A stretch of DNA of 64,000 nucleotides from Eledone cirrhosa. Taxonomy: Eukaryota. This document shows, in pieces, positions 28,880-42,270 of this stretch (position 1 is the stretch's first letter; each line of letters begins with the position of its first letter). Location: the NCBI GenBank assembly GCA_964016885.1, contig OZ024740.1:115506001-115570000 (forward strand), in the 5' to 3' direction. A program made the position numbers and the translations under genes. A model generated the notes under the pieces. The model saw nothing but the letters and a program-made list of their open reading frames with translations, was not told the DNA's origin and ran no database searches.

Positions 28880-30474
28880 ATTATGGAGCAACACTAGCGA
28901 AGCAATTCGCTGGATTAATAACGTGAAGAACAAGAATAAGTCTAAGTTTATACAATTTGACATAGACGAATACTAATCTTTAATCTCACCCAGCACTTTA
29001 CGTAAGGCCCTATCGTTTGCTAAAGTCAATTCCGACCTAACGGAGGACGAAATTAATATTATTCTAGAGGCTAGGAAAACTATTATCAAGTTTGATAACT
29101 GCCACTGGGAACGTAAGGACAGGCCCACAAACTTTGACATTACCATGGGCTCCAACGACTCAGCGGAGGTCACCGATCTTGTGGAAATTTACATAGCCCA
29201 CATTCCACTTGGAAAATTTAGTAATCTACAGGGGGGCGGAATATATAGAGATGACGCGCTATTATTAGTTAATAACTTAAATAACCAAAATCTTGAAAGG
29301 CTACGGAAAAACATTAGAAAATCGTTTAGTCTAAAAATAACGTACGAATACAATCTTAAAGTAGTAAATTTTCTAGACGTAACTCTTAATTTAAATACCG
29401 GACTGATACGACCCTTCCACAAGATAAATGAGAACCTTACCTATATCAATTTTAACTCAAACCACCCACTTTCCATGATCAAATCGGTTCCCCGTAGTAT
29501 TTCTCTTAGAATCTCTCGCCTATCGTCTAACTCTGAGATTTTCAGTGAACATGCTGAATACTATAATAATGCATTAAGGAATGCCGACCACCGGGATACA
29601 ATAGAATACATTGATAAAAATCTCCATAACACACATAACTCTACACGAAATCAAAGAATACGTAACCGGTGTACAGAAATACAGCGCACACACGCAGTAC
29701 CACCAGACATACTAATAATAGAAATTCATCACCAAATAAATCACGTTAGAAAGTATATCTGGTATAATCCCATTTTTAATGCTTCGATTAGTATAAAACT
29801 ATCTCTTTCATTCTTTAAGTTAATCAACAAGCATTTCCCTAGTTCCCATAAATACAGTAAAATTCTGAACTCTAAGACTATTAAGCTATCATACTCCACT
29901 GCACCAAACCTTGAAGCATACATAAAAAAACTTAACTTAAAGCAATTAAACAACACTACAAAACAAAATATTTTAATAACAGATGAGCATAACGTTATAT
30001 CGGCCTCCCAACCATTAAATGGGAGACGGGTATTACACAACCCACCTGTACTGTATCCCAACCTATCCATGGTAGATGTCCATTGAAGAATAAATGCCTA
30101 AAGTCCAACATTGTTTATCAATGCACGGTTGAATCGAACAACCAGAAATGGTATTACATCAGGTCTACCACTACCTCCTTTGAATCTCACTGGTATCGTC
30201 ATCGATTCTCAATTAAACATCCTAATCACCGTTTTGTGACCACGCTCGCCAACAAGACCTGGCAACTCCGTGAACGCAACCAACAGTTCACCTTGAAATG
30301 GGATATACTTTGCAGCGCTAGTGCATATCGGAGTGGATTGAAGTACTGCAGGTTATGTAACCTTAAACTCTTTTACATCTTAAAATCCAAAAATAAATTA
30401 CTAAATGACAGAATCGAACGATCATTTTACTGCATTTAACTGAAGGCTAAATTCTCTAACTATAAAATAACTTA
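28880..30474 (+). pseudogene. PLE RT plus GIY-YIG pseudogene
   Basis: FIQFDIDEY*, FDITMGSNDSAEVTDLV, IYRDDAL, VNFLDVTLNL, SNHP, IWYNP, KSNIVYQC...YYI, CRLC. Stops and frameshift. Confidence 0.92.
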
Positions 30475-30891
30475 ACATTCGAACCCGTAACTATAACATT
30501 GCTTTCTCGCTAACTACTTTCCCTCAATAACAACTTCTTAACTATATCCCCACACTACAAGACAATACCCTGCTTATCACTATAAATGGATACTTAAGTG
30601 TTATTTGTAGCCTACAACTATGAACTCAATGTACACCCATCCCATAGCTTCTCTATCTCTATCTCTTCCTCTCTTTCCATTCCCCTCTCTCTCTCGCCCT
30701 CGGTCCACCTCCCTCCCTCTCCACATCTATGAACCTGCCCTCTGTGGCAATAAATAATTCCAACCTTAACTATCAACTCATCGCTTAAGGTTGTCGCTTT
30801 GAGAGTAACCAGTATAATAAAACCCCTGCCACAACATTTTGATTAAGATATCTGTATTCTACAAACCACTCTCTCCCATTTCTCCAACGCC

Positions 30892-30968
<77 letters not shown>

Positions 30969-31047
30969 TCTTTCTCTCTTCCTTTTCTACTCTATCTTCC
31001 CCAATAACTTCCCTTAAGGGTATTTACATTTTACATTTTAACCATTC

Positions 31048-31159
31048 TGCTCTGAGGATACAGTGGTCACAGCATTTGATAATTGAGTTTTGCAAATAGT
31101 TATAAATTTGCACATAGCATAACTAGGCTGTATAACCACCGTGGAAACATTTGTAAGCA
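31048..31159 (+). ncRNA. type I hammerhead motif with 85-nt stem II region
   Basis: TGCT-CTGAGGA-TACAGTGGT...ACCACCGTG-GAAA-CATTTG-TA-AGCA. Confidence 0.75.
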
Positions 31160-31351
31160 CACAGAATAAATTACCTTTTTATGATGTCTACCTGTTATTA
31201 TTCATTCTTTATCTACACTCCGGAATACAGAAGGATCAGGAACTGAGTTTCTTCAACTATTCTTCCATAACTCGTTGAGTAACCCCTCACCGTACGTCAA
31301 CTCTATCCAGTGTAGTAATTAACCATTACTGTATCTAGGATAATCCTATAC

Positions 31352-31417
<66 letters not shown>

Positions 31418-31423
<6 letters not shown>

Positions 31424-31682
31424 TACAAATATTAATAAAATAGATGTTCTTTTGATCAATTACATTTTATTATACATATTTCGGAAATACAACAGTACAT
31501 CCTCATCAGACAAAATATAATGATACATGACAAACCCTGAGATGTTAAATGGTTAAGATTTAAACATCTATTTTATTAATATTTGTATTTTAATATTATA
31601 TATTATTTTTCCGTAGAATGCTTCCAATCTATTGTAAAACTCATTCTCTGATATACTCATTGAATCTTGTTTAACTCTTTAA
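31418..31682. mobile_element. small fold-back HHR element (arms ~31418-31448 / ~31563-31594) plus tail
   Basis: 31-bp inverted repeat enclosing a minus-strand HHR, inside (TA)n. Confidence 0.7.
31465..31515 (-). ncRNA. compact canonical type I hammerhead motif
   Basis: Reverse strand: TTTTGT-CTGATGA-GGATGTAC(tgtt)GTATTTCC-GAAA-TATGTA-TA-ATAAAA. Confidence 0.8.
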
Positions 31683-31851
31683 TATATATATATATATATG
31701 TGTAATTGTATTTCAGTGCGTATAGATACACTCCCTCTACATATACCATATATTGCATATGTAGATGCTTACAAAACCATACGTGAGAGGTAAGTGGAGG
31801 CAACGTTTGAGGCAGGTGTTGTAGTTGTTATTCAAGTAAAAACTAAAGGAA

Positions 31852-31951
31852 TGAAGAAGAAGAAGAAGAAGAAGAAGAAGAAGAAGAAGAAGAAGAAGAA
31901 GAAGAAGAAGAAGAAGAAGAAGAAGAAGAAGAAGAAGAAGAAGAAGAAGAA
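31852..31951. repeat. (GAA)n microsatellite
   Basis: Directly visible. Confidence 0.98.
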
Positions 31952-32093
31952 AGTGCTTCCTCTTAGATGAATTCTGGTGAATGTTTTTTCTGTGGTTTTT
32001 GAGTGAGTTTTTCACAATGATGTGAAGTTAAATGACGAGAGATGAAAAGTTTTCTCCCGGTTCAAAAGAGTTCTTTTATTATTTTGGCTTGCT

Positions 32094-32988
<895 letters not shown>

Positions 32989-33429
32989 GTGTTTGTGATG
33001 GTGTAGGTGATGCTGCTGTTGATGGTAGAGGTGAATGTGGTGGTTTTTGGCGGCGATAGTGAGGGCGGTTCGATTTCAGTGACGGCTTTGGTGGTGGAGG
33101 GTGTGGGGACTGGAGGTGTTAGTGCTGCTGCTGTTGTTGATGCTGGAGGTAAGCTTGTGGTCTGTGTCGGCGACAGTGGTGATGGTGGTGCCTGTGCTTG
33201 TGATTTTTATTGCTTTTGTCCTTGTGGTTATGATTTTCGTAAAACCAGAATAATTAATCAATATTTAAATATAAATACACAGGTTATCAGTGATTACCCA
33301 TTACAGCTTATGAGGTAGGGCTAGAGGCTGTTATATATTTTGTAATTCATACGCAGGGTCCATTCTCGGACTAAATGAAATAACTAAGTACAGCATGGGA
33401 TCGAATATATAGCTAAGGCTATATTTAAG

Positions 33430-33539
<110 letters not shown>

Positions 33540-33710
33540 CGTATGTGTGTATGTGTGTGTGTGTGTCTGTGTCTGTCTGTCTGTCTGTCTGTCTGTGTGT
33601 GTGTCTGAGTGTGCGTGTGTGTGTGTGTATGGATTTTACTTGCTAATCGAATTCTGAAAGACGAATCAACAGCAACATGGAATAAGGATGGCTCATAGGA
33701 GCGTATTCAA

Positions 33711-34200
33711 ATGGACTGGGCTTTCATGAGGCACGTTGATAATTTACTCAGCGTGCCTTATCTGCATGAAATTCTGTCGTTAGTGATTGGTATCCATATC
33801 TCAGGTGAATTCTACTCAATCATCGATCTTAATCAGGCGGGAAAGCTGCTTCACCTGGTGAAAAGTTACTCAGAAGATCATTACGCACCAGCTGCAATCA
33901 ATGATTCGTACCGTTTACTTACGTATGATACCGCAACAAATGCATGAAGAAAGCAAGTCCCATCATATATCTTGCACAGAAAGGTGCGAATACTGCAAAC
34001 GTCACAAACGGAAACAAAAGTTAGACCGCAAGTTTTGACCAATTGCTCCCATCGACGGGAAATTATCCGAACCGCAAAAGCACAGAATTGATGGTATGAT
34101 GATAGGAATAAACTGGCGATCCAGCAGAAAGAGAAACCCACCGGATTGACTTCCTTCTTGAGGTGGCAAATGTCCTGTATTGAACTCATATTGAGTGTTA
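33711..34200 (+). pseudogene. possible highly decayed LTR-retrotransposon (Gypsy-like) pol remnant
   Basis: VPYLHEILSLV...FYSIIDLNQA loosely resembles the Gypsy RT LP.I.E.L...FS.IDL..A motif. Confidence 0.3.
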
Positions 34201-34664
34201 TCTAACAAGTGCTGTGTTTAATTATTTAACGACAGCCAATCATATCATAATCATGTGTTTCAAGTGTGCTCTTGTTTTTTGCTTATACATTATGCTTCAG
34301 CTAAACAAGGGTACACAGTTTTATATAACAGATTCGAAGTACAGTCTGACAGCTCTGGCGATTTAAGGACTATACAATTCTTTCTGTTACCATGGAATTA
34401 CATTCAGTGTTATTATTGTAACATCCACGCTTCAGTTCAACAGTTCTACAGTGAATTGTGCTTCATTGAGTTGATATAGACATTTTTAATTTACTATTCC
34501 TTGTTCAATTACCTACACATTTAATTTGAGTAAATAAACAAGATACGACAATATATGTAGTAGAAAATTAAGGGAATTCCTTGGTAAGATAAATTTGAAA
34601 AAGGGAAGAATGGCTTAACTGGTGGTTGATGTTCATTAATAATTCATATCTTTACAATAAGTCG

Positions 34665-34713
<49 letters not shown>

Positions 34714-34719
34714 TGTGTG

Positions 34720-35400
34720 TATAGGGTGTCAAGGATGTATAAACTGAAGATGTAAGCCACTTCATCTCTGTCGTAGAAGCCCATGGATACAGCAAACAGT
34801 GGACACTCTTCCATTTTTTTACCTAATATAAGTTGTTGTGGAACAGTACGACTTCCTGGCGTTCAGAATTATTTTTATATCTAATTTGCTGATCCTAGTG
34901 AAGTGTTCTCCGAAATCTAGAGCTTTTAGTATAAGGGATTTCTATATGGAAGAATAAAAGTCCCCGATATCAGACTTGGTGAATCTGCTGCATTCTCAAT
35001 AGTGGGAACCTAGTTTGACGACAGCATTGCTGGAGTCTCATCGAACTAGGCTAGTTACCCTTTTTATTTGAACTTGATACTGTCGAGAATCCGTGTATTA
35101 ACTCTGTCTATTTCAGTCTTAGATGTGTTAATCTGCCTGCATTTACGATTGGTTTATGATCTTTAAGTGTGGCTTATTGGGTGTGGGACGAGGTATGACT
35201 AACTCCATCGGTTCAACGTTTATGTTATCGTATGTTTTGGCATGTTTTTGAGGGGTGGGGTTGTATGTATTGGTGAAGGTGTTAGTCAGGAGCATGATAT
35301 GTTATGTGTGGTGGTGTTTATTTCGTACATGTTCTTTGTTTTGTCGGCAATAGTTTGTACATCTTTGGATTATTTGACATGTGTAGTGAAATTGTTTAAA
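34720..35400 (-). pseudogene. decayed Hydra-like PLE RT fragment
   Basis: Minus strand gives TLKDHK...SKTEIDRVNTRILD, LILKALDF, IKIILNARKS, SMGFYDRDEVAYIFSLYILD, collinear with the RT at 47.2-47.7 kb. Confidence 0.7.
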
Positions 35401-35401
35401 G

Positions 35402-35815
35402 CAGGGTTTCTCGAACTGTGGATCACAAAATAGATGAAATGGATCACGTCAATAAGAAAATATTTATTAAAACGAGTGAGATCGACAATCTCATTCGGAC
35501 ACATTACACGTCATTGCAATTCCGGTGACTGTTGGTACGTTTGTTACCATGCTATAAGTACTAAAGTGTAAACTACAGAAAGTAAACAATTCTGTATGTT
35601 CAAGAGTTGCTCACAAATCGCTGCATGTTTTTAAATCAATTTCTCCATTATCCCGTAGGTTTCAGGATTTTAAATCTATCAACAGATATTTTGGATGACA
35701 TGGTTTATGATAATGTAATTGATTTTGCAATTTTTATTCTATAACATTTTGAAGGTCACTGCAGCACCTTCGCGACTTCACAGGGAGTTTCGCACATAGA
35801 TTAAGAGAATCGTTC
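35402..35815. mobile_element. possible hAT-type non-autonomous DNA transposon
   Basis: Begins CAGGGTTTCTCGAACTGTGG; degenerate opposite end TTAAGAGAATCGTT. Confidence 0.35.
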
Positions 35816-36062
35816 TATATATAAATATGGATTTATCATGAGACAAATTAAAAACAAAAACACAATTTACTAAGTTCGTGTCTTTATTAAGGCTGCATTC
35901 GCCATCTTATTTTTGGGGGTGTTTTTTGTTTTGTTTTGTTTTGTTTTTTTGTTTATTTTTGTTTCCATGCATCCGGTGAAACCGGTGATAATAAGGAAAT
36001 AAATTAAACTGTGAATATAAATACTATATATATATAATAATATATATATAAATACACACACT

Positions 36063-36134
<72 letters not shown>

Positions 36135-36137
<3 letters not shown>

Positions 36138-36343
36138 AAAATTGGAAAATGTTTAACCCCGACGGCAGAGCTCAAGCCATTTCGACGGCTATTTCTGGAC
36201 TCCAGAAATAGCCGAAGAAACGGCTTGAGCTCTGCAGTCGAGGTTAAACATTTTCCCATTTTCCCATTAACCACTCTACTACCCTAAGTATTGAGTACTC
36301 TGGTGCGTTATGGTCCATCTGGTTCCTTACCACACTTCCTTCG

Positions 36344-36345
<2 letters not shown>
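36135..36345 (+). mobile_element. short fold-back element plus tail (family copy 1)
   Basis: Hairpin ~36135-36266, then tail CTAAGTATTGAGTACTCTGGTGCG...ACCACACTTCCTTCGTT shared with 37430-37602. Confidence 0.8.
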
Positions 36346-36412
<67 letters not shown>

Positions 36413-36416
<4 letters not shown>

Positions 36417-37288
36417 GAAATTTAGTAAAATCGAATCTCTGGCGGTTTGCAAGTAAATTCGGCCTACTTATATGAAATGATGAGTTAGCAAAGCACTCGA
36501 TAAGTCAGGTCCTTAGAGTAATATCATACGTTTAAATAGCTTGACAAATCGAACATTGTGGTAGGCAAATCTAACACACAATACCAAAGTAACGATAGAA
36601 CTAACAGGTTGAGAAAAATACACCTGGACAAATCAAACGATTAATCGTTTAAAGTGTTTCTTTGAATCCGAAACCAAATATCAGACTTACGTGACTGTCA
36701 AGCTCGTGGTATTCATGATCGAACGGGGGATTCAGTTTTTCAACAGGCTTTTCGTTCTACCCAGAACTGGGGTGATAGGCTAAATGTTGCTGCTAAATGC
36801 GGCGTATCGTATCTATAGCTGTCACGTGTTAATTCCAGCAAGGGAAATAACCCCCGGTTTTTGGCGGGTCGTTCAAAATGTTAAACAAAGGAAATATTTT
36901 AATTTCCGCTAAACATCATGATAAGCTCTCAACTAGATGTTATAAAACAAACACAAATAATTAACCAATCAACAGAATTGTCTAATTAAATTAATTAGTT
37001 AATTATTAAATCTAGGCGAATAATATAATTGGAAATTTAATAAAATCGAATCTCTGGCGGTTTGCAAGTAAATTCGGCCTACTTATATGAAATGATGAGT
37101 TAGCAAAGCAGTCGATAAGTTAGGTCCTTAGAGTAATAACATACGTTTAAATAGCTTGACAAATCGAACATTGTGGTAGGCAAATCTAACACACAATACC
37201 AAAGTAACGATAGAACTAACAGGTTGAGAAAAATACACCTGGACAAATCAAACGATTAATCGTTTAAAGTGTTTCTTTGAATCCGAAA
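36413..37288. mobile_element. non-coding element with ~260-bp terminal direct repeats (36413-36673 / 37029-37288)
   Basis: Near-identical direct repeats, period ~616 bp, embedded in (TA)n. Confidence 0.85.
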
Positions 37289-37368
37289 TATATATATATA
37301 TATATAAGTAAAAAATACAAAACAATAACAAAGAGTGCAGTACGAACAGTGTTGGTATTAGGTTCACG

Positions 37369-37429
<61 letters not shown>

Positions 37430-37432
<3 letters not shown>

Positions 37433-37602
37433 AAAATGTTCAAGACCCCGACGCCAGAGCTCAAGCCGTTTGGACGGCTATTTCTGAAATAGCTCTGTCG
37501 TCGGGGTTTAGAACATTTTTCTATTACCCACTCTACTACCCTAAGTATTGAGTACTCTGGTGCGTTATGGTCCACCTGGTTCCGTACCACACTTCCTTCG
37601 TT
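37430..37602 (+). mobile_element. short fold-back element plus tail (family copy 2)
   Basis: Same arms and tail as 36135-36345, with a deletion in the right arm. Confidence 0.8.
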
Positions 37603-37634
37603 ATATATCTATATATACATATATATATATATAC

Positions 37635-37708
<74 letters not shown>

Positions 37709-38004
37709 GTGTGTGGGGGGGGTGTATATATATGTATATATATATATATTATATATATCAACTATGTTGCTTGTTTTTTTCCTATCTTTGGTTTGCTTTT
37801 ATTCTTCTATGTTGTTTACTTGTCCCCCTCGCTTTACGCGATTTACTGGTCCCAATAACTTTTTTTAGTTATTGTTCGCACCAATCTGAGGTATATGATT
37901 TTTAATGCGATGAAATACCAATGATGGTTGGAAAATCACTGACGAAGGACTATTTTTATCATATGTAACCCATGTGCAACCACGCAGTATTCTTCTTTCT
38001 TCTC

Positions 38005-38044
<40 letters not shown>

Positions 38045-38245
38045 AAAAAATAGAGGTGTAACACATAAGTTGTGATATATTAGTAAAAGGAAAAGAAAAT
38101 GCTGACAAATTTTTCCCAGTGAAAAATAAGTATAAATTAGTAATAAGTATTGGTTAGTATTCAGTTTTAGTTTTAAGTTTTAACCGGTTGCGCATTTCTA
38201 ATGCTTTTCAAAAATAATTTTGAGATAGAGCGCTCGTGATGTTTG

Positions 38246-38319
<74 letters not shown>

Positions 38320-38614
38320 TAAATGGTTCAGTGAATTACTGGATTACTGGCGGTGGTACTAATATGAACTGAACACTCGGTTCATAGGGAGAGTGTGTGT
38401 GTGTGTATTAAAAAATGTACAATGAAGTGTCATTGAAATGTATCTATGTTTTTATTGTGTATATAGACCTGTTACGTGCGCTTCGGAGATGAATGGCTCA
38501 ATGTCACCTATGGAAACTATGAACCTGACTCCAGCATCGACCTACTCATCAGATTGGTGATTCAATAAAAAAAATAAACATTTGTGGTGACCAGTAATAT
38601 ATATATATATATCT

Positions 38615-39400
38615 AGGGCGGGTAAAATTCCCGAAATCCTTGGACGAGTTCTCTCCAGCGGTCTCTGTCCCCATTATCGCTGCCATCTCCTGCGTCTCTA
38701 ACAGACCAGTGTCTGTCCTTAGGGCATCAACATACGTTAACCTTGGTCTTCCTCTTCCAGTGTGTCCATGTATGGGCTCCCACAGGAGCACTGAGTGCAA
38801 TATCAACTCTGGATGTCGGTGAGCATGTCCAGCAAACTCAGTCTCCTCTGTGTCACTTTTGAGCTGACTTTTGGGAGGCTCCCATACAGCTCTGAGTTTT
38901 TCATCCTCAGTGTATACTGATTAATGTTCAGAGCTATCCTCAGCATTCTCGTGTAGCACTCATCCACCATCTAAGTGAGTTTCTTGGTCAGTGTCCAAGT
39001 CTCAGACTCGTACAGCAGCACAGACTCCACTACAGCAATGAAGAGGCGGATTTTCAGGTCTTTACGAAGGACTTCCACACCAAACTCAAGCTGTGGCACG
39101 CCGCCCAGGCTTTGCTCTTCCTCTCAACCACATCATCTTCCGTATTCCCAATACAGGAAGTCCTCAACCAATTCTAGCGGCTTCCCGCCTACATTAGTGA
39201 TGCCCTCTGGCTTCTCAACATTCTCTACCAGACATTTTGTTTTAGTCTCATTCATTCTCAGCCCCACACTCATCGACACAGTCTCAACCTCCTGCATCAA
39301 ATCCTCTGCCTCCTTCACTGTATTTGTCACCAAAACTATGTCGTCGGCAAATTCAGCATTTGATATCTTTTTCTCCTTAACTCACCTGCTCTGAGCCGGA
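38615..39400 (-). mobile_element. RTE/RTEX-like LINE 3' fragment
   Basis: FADDI...VGLRMNETKTK...VEDFLY, KIRLFIAVVESVLLYESETWTLT, LLWEPIHGHTGRGRPRLTYVD. Confidence 0.85.
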
Positions 39401-39801
39401 GAGTTAAGGTGAATATATATATACTTCCATCTCACTCAACAAACATTAGGATATACCTTAGTATAATCCCAATTTTACGTTTGGGGTGCTAACTATATGT
39501 ATTTTGCGGATAGCCAGTTGTATTATTTTATATGAGACATAATTAAAATACATCTCCCTTTCCAAACAATTGTTTCATTATAAGTTTTCTACAAGTTGGG
39601 AAAAATGTGTCCAGGTTATGTAGAAGCCTGCAAATAATTCGTAGGAATATATGCAGGTGGGCACTTATAAATCATCAGTGGATGCCCGTCAAACATCGAT
39701 ATAAAAAAAACTTTCTTACCGATATTCAATGTCCATATATATATAAATCAGGAAAGAAGAGTGACACGGTTTGCTATACAAAAAAGGTTTTTAATCTCAT
39801 T

Positions 39802-39907
39802 GCTGACAATTGTTTCTCTGAACTGGTAGGTCTAGAGATCGCTATCCGCTTGTTTTCGCGTTACTCGATCGCCAATACAAAATTATTACCAGTCAGTTCA
39901 TCGGAGC
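39802..39907 (-). ncRNA. variant hammerhead motif (CCGATGA core, ~81-nt stem II region)
   Basis: Reverse strand: GCT-CCGATGA-ACTGACTGGT...ACCAGTTCAGA-GAAA-CAATTG-TC-AGC. Mirror copy 41535-41640 has CCGATAA. Confidence 0.6.
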
Positions 39908-40736
39908 TTGCGAGAATGAAGAGAATATACAGGCATGAAAGGAATATATAGGCTACTATATGAAGTATTAATGGCATTCAGTTAGAACAATAACAACAAT
40001 ATCAACAATGTCAACAATGCTAGCAATAAAATATTTGAAATAATCAGGTGGCGAGTATAGTATATCTATGATTTTAGCGTGTAAAACTAGCTGACATGAA
40101 GCAGATGTATAAAATTGACATGTAAAGACTGTCGTAGGGTGTATTATATCAAGTTTAAAGATAAGCTGGTGTTTATAAACAATGTAGGTCAGGTGGCCGT
40201 AATATTCGGTTTTTATCTGACCGATGAAGTATTTATCACTGTAGAAGAATTTGTGTGGTCTATATTAGATGAGAGTTCAGTCTATCTTGTCCATCCTCAA
40301 TAGCATACATGTATAGGACAACACTGTCAAAGCTAAATAATGGGCAGGTTAATACAGAGGTTAAGGAGGTAATGTATATATATATATATATATATACACA
40401 TATATATACACACGCACATGCATAAAACATATACATACATATCCACACACACTCATACAAATACATACATACATACAAAGAGAAAACATGCTGACTATAA
40501 TTATGGCAAGAGGAAGGTAAAGTTCCATTGTAGTAGTATTTTGAAATGTCTTGGATTTAGGATCAAGCGATGACAGCAGCTGAGAAGAAATAAGTTTATG
40601 GGTTGATGAGGTACTTACAGACATTTGTGTGGTATAGAACTAAGAAGGCTAGAATGTACTTAATGAGTATATTTCTGTGGTGATTCGTGCAGAGTAGTGG
40701 GTATCCTAGTTGAAAGCTATGTTATGTCGGTTCGAT

Positions 40737-41175
40737 TCATGGAAGTTTAAATCTTATGAATTTAGTGGCAATTCTGTGTCTGCAGAAGATAGATCTTTCT
40801 AACTTGTTGTTAACTAGCCTTTTTACATTTTTAAGGATATACAGTAGTTCTAGATCACATAGCCCACAGTGGGACATACCTGTACTGTAGGTTTTAGCAG
40901 CCGACAACCTCGACCAGTTGATACTGTAGCTAGTGTTGTTGTCCTTCAGTTCCCATATTTTTTTGGCGAGGGTTGTAGAACCCATAAGTGCACGATTTTT
41001 TATCCAGTGCCTGTGCACATACCATCTTTTTTTAAAAGAACCCGCGGTGGATCCAATGTAATGCCAGGTGGAGTTGTCTGAGTTGACCGTACACATGTAC
41101 ACTAGGCTCGAATCGAGACATCTATTCGCCAATGGGCACCTATCCGGTAGGTGACAGTTACAGTTTGAGGTGTTA
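40737..41175 (-). pseudogene. PLE GIY-YIG endonuclease fragment (Hydra-like)
   Basis: NCNCHLPDRCPLANRCLDSSLVYMC...HYIGSTAGSFKKRWYVH...CGLCDLE...FCRHR. Confidence 0.9.
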
Positions 41176-41864
41176 TTTCGTGCAGCTTCTACACTGCTGT
41201 TTAGTACTCTGCTATAAGTGGGTTGTGATTCATGCCCGTTGGGGTTTTGCTGCTGCGCGTTTGTATGTGCTTGCGGCTGTGATACTGTGATGTTTTTATG
41301 CTTTTATATATTTTTCTTATATATTTTATACATCTGCTTCATGTCAGCTAGTTTTACACGCTAAAATCATAGATATACTATACTCCTCACCTAGAATGAT
41401 GTTGTGATTATTTCAAATATTTTATTGCTAGCATTGTTGATATTGTTGTTATTGTTCTAACTGAATGCCATTACTACTTCATATAGTAGCCTGTATATTC
41501 CTTTCATACCTGTATATTCTCTTCATTCTCGCAAGCTCCGATAAACTGACTGGTTATAATTTTGTATTGGCGATCGAGTAACGCGAAAACAAGCGGATAG
41601 CGATCTCTGGACCTACCAGTTCAGAGAAACAATTGTCAGCAATGAGATTAAAAACCTTTTTTGTATAGCAAACCGTGTCACTCTTCTTTCCTGATTTATT
41701 ATTACTCCAAGTATTTACAACATAGGAATTACAGCGTACTCGCAGCATCACTATGAAAACGCCTTGTTGAGTCAAACTTAGCCAAGCGTTGATATCATCC
41801 ACTACCCGGAATACCATAACTGGACTACACCTAAGTGGACTGCATATAACTATTATTTGTTACC

Positions 41865-41914
<50 letters not shown>

Positions 41915-42015
41915 TGGTAGAACACTGGGAGGTGATATCCGAGGTAGTAGAGTACTCAGTCCATGGGACGAGTTCGGTAAACCATGTCCTCGAAAATGGT
42001 TTATTAACTGTTTAT

Positions 42016-42075
<60 letters not shown>

Positions 42076-42084
42076 TGCGCGCGC

Positions 42085-42119
<35 letters not shown>

Positions 42120-42120
42120 T

Positions 42121-42270
42121 GATGGTAGCTAAGATGCTTCCATAGGCGGTATGCCGGTTGAGTACTCTATGCTCTTACAGAGCAGAGTATGATATAATAG
42201 AAAACGAAAAATCAGTGATGCATAAATTGAGAGATCAGATGCATCACTAATTTTTCGTTTTCTATTATAT
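42121..42270. mobile_element. collapsed copy of the 4779-5272 fold-back family
   Basis: Same tail plus short inverted repeat AACGAAAAATCAGTGATGCAT / ATGCATCACTAATTTTTCGTT. Confidence 0.8.

Larger units (their letters stand above)
28661..31356 (+). mobile_element. PLE insertion (Hydra-like): inverted arm 28661-28850, body, direct arm 31028-31212, tail
   Basis: ~185-bp inverted arms, each carrying an HHR, flank an RT-EN pseudogene. Confidence 0.9.
39743..41865. mobile_element. PLE fold-back insertion (arms 39743-40115 / 41323-41699) enclosing an inverted EN, with right tail
   Basis: ~370-bp inverted arms with HHRs at 39802-39907 (-) and 41535-41640 (+). Confidence 0.88.

Noticed and set aside
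36413-37288. CRISPR-like or LTR retrotransposon interpretation of direct repeats
   Set aside because: Eukaryotic context with no repeat-spacer periodicity or cas genes; no TG..CA termini or evident PBS/PPT.
37881-37950. CTGAGGT...GAAATACCAATG and a nearby CTGACGA as HHR
   Set aside because: Cleavage position would be G, stems are inconsistent, and CTGACGA is not conserved in the 4627-4751 copy.
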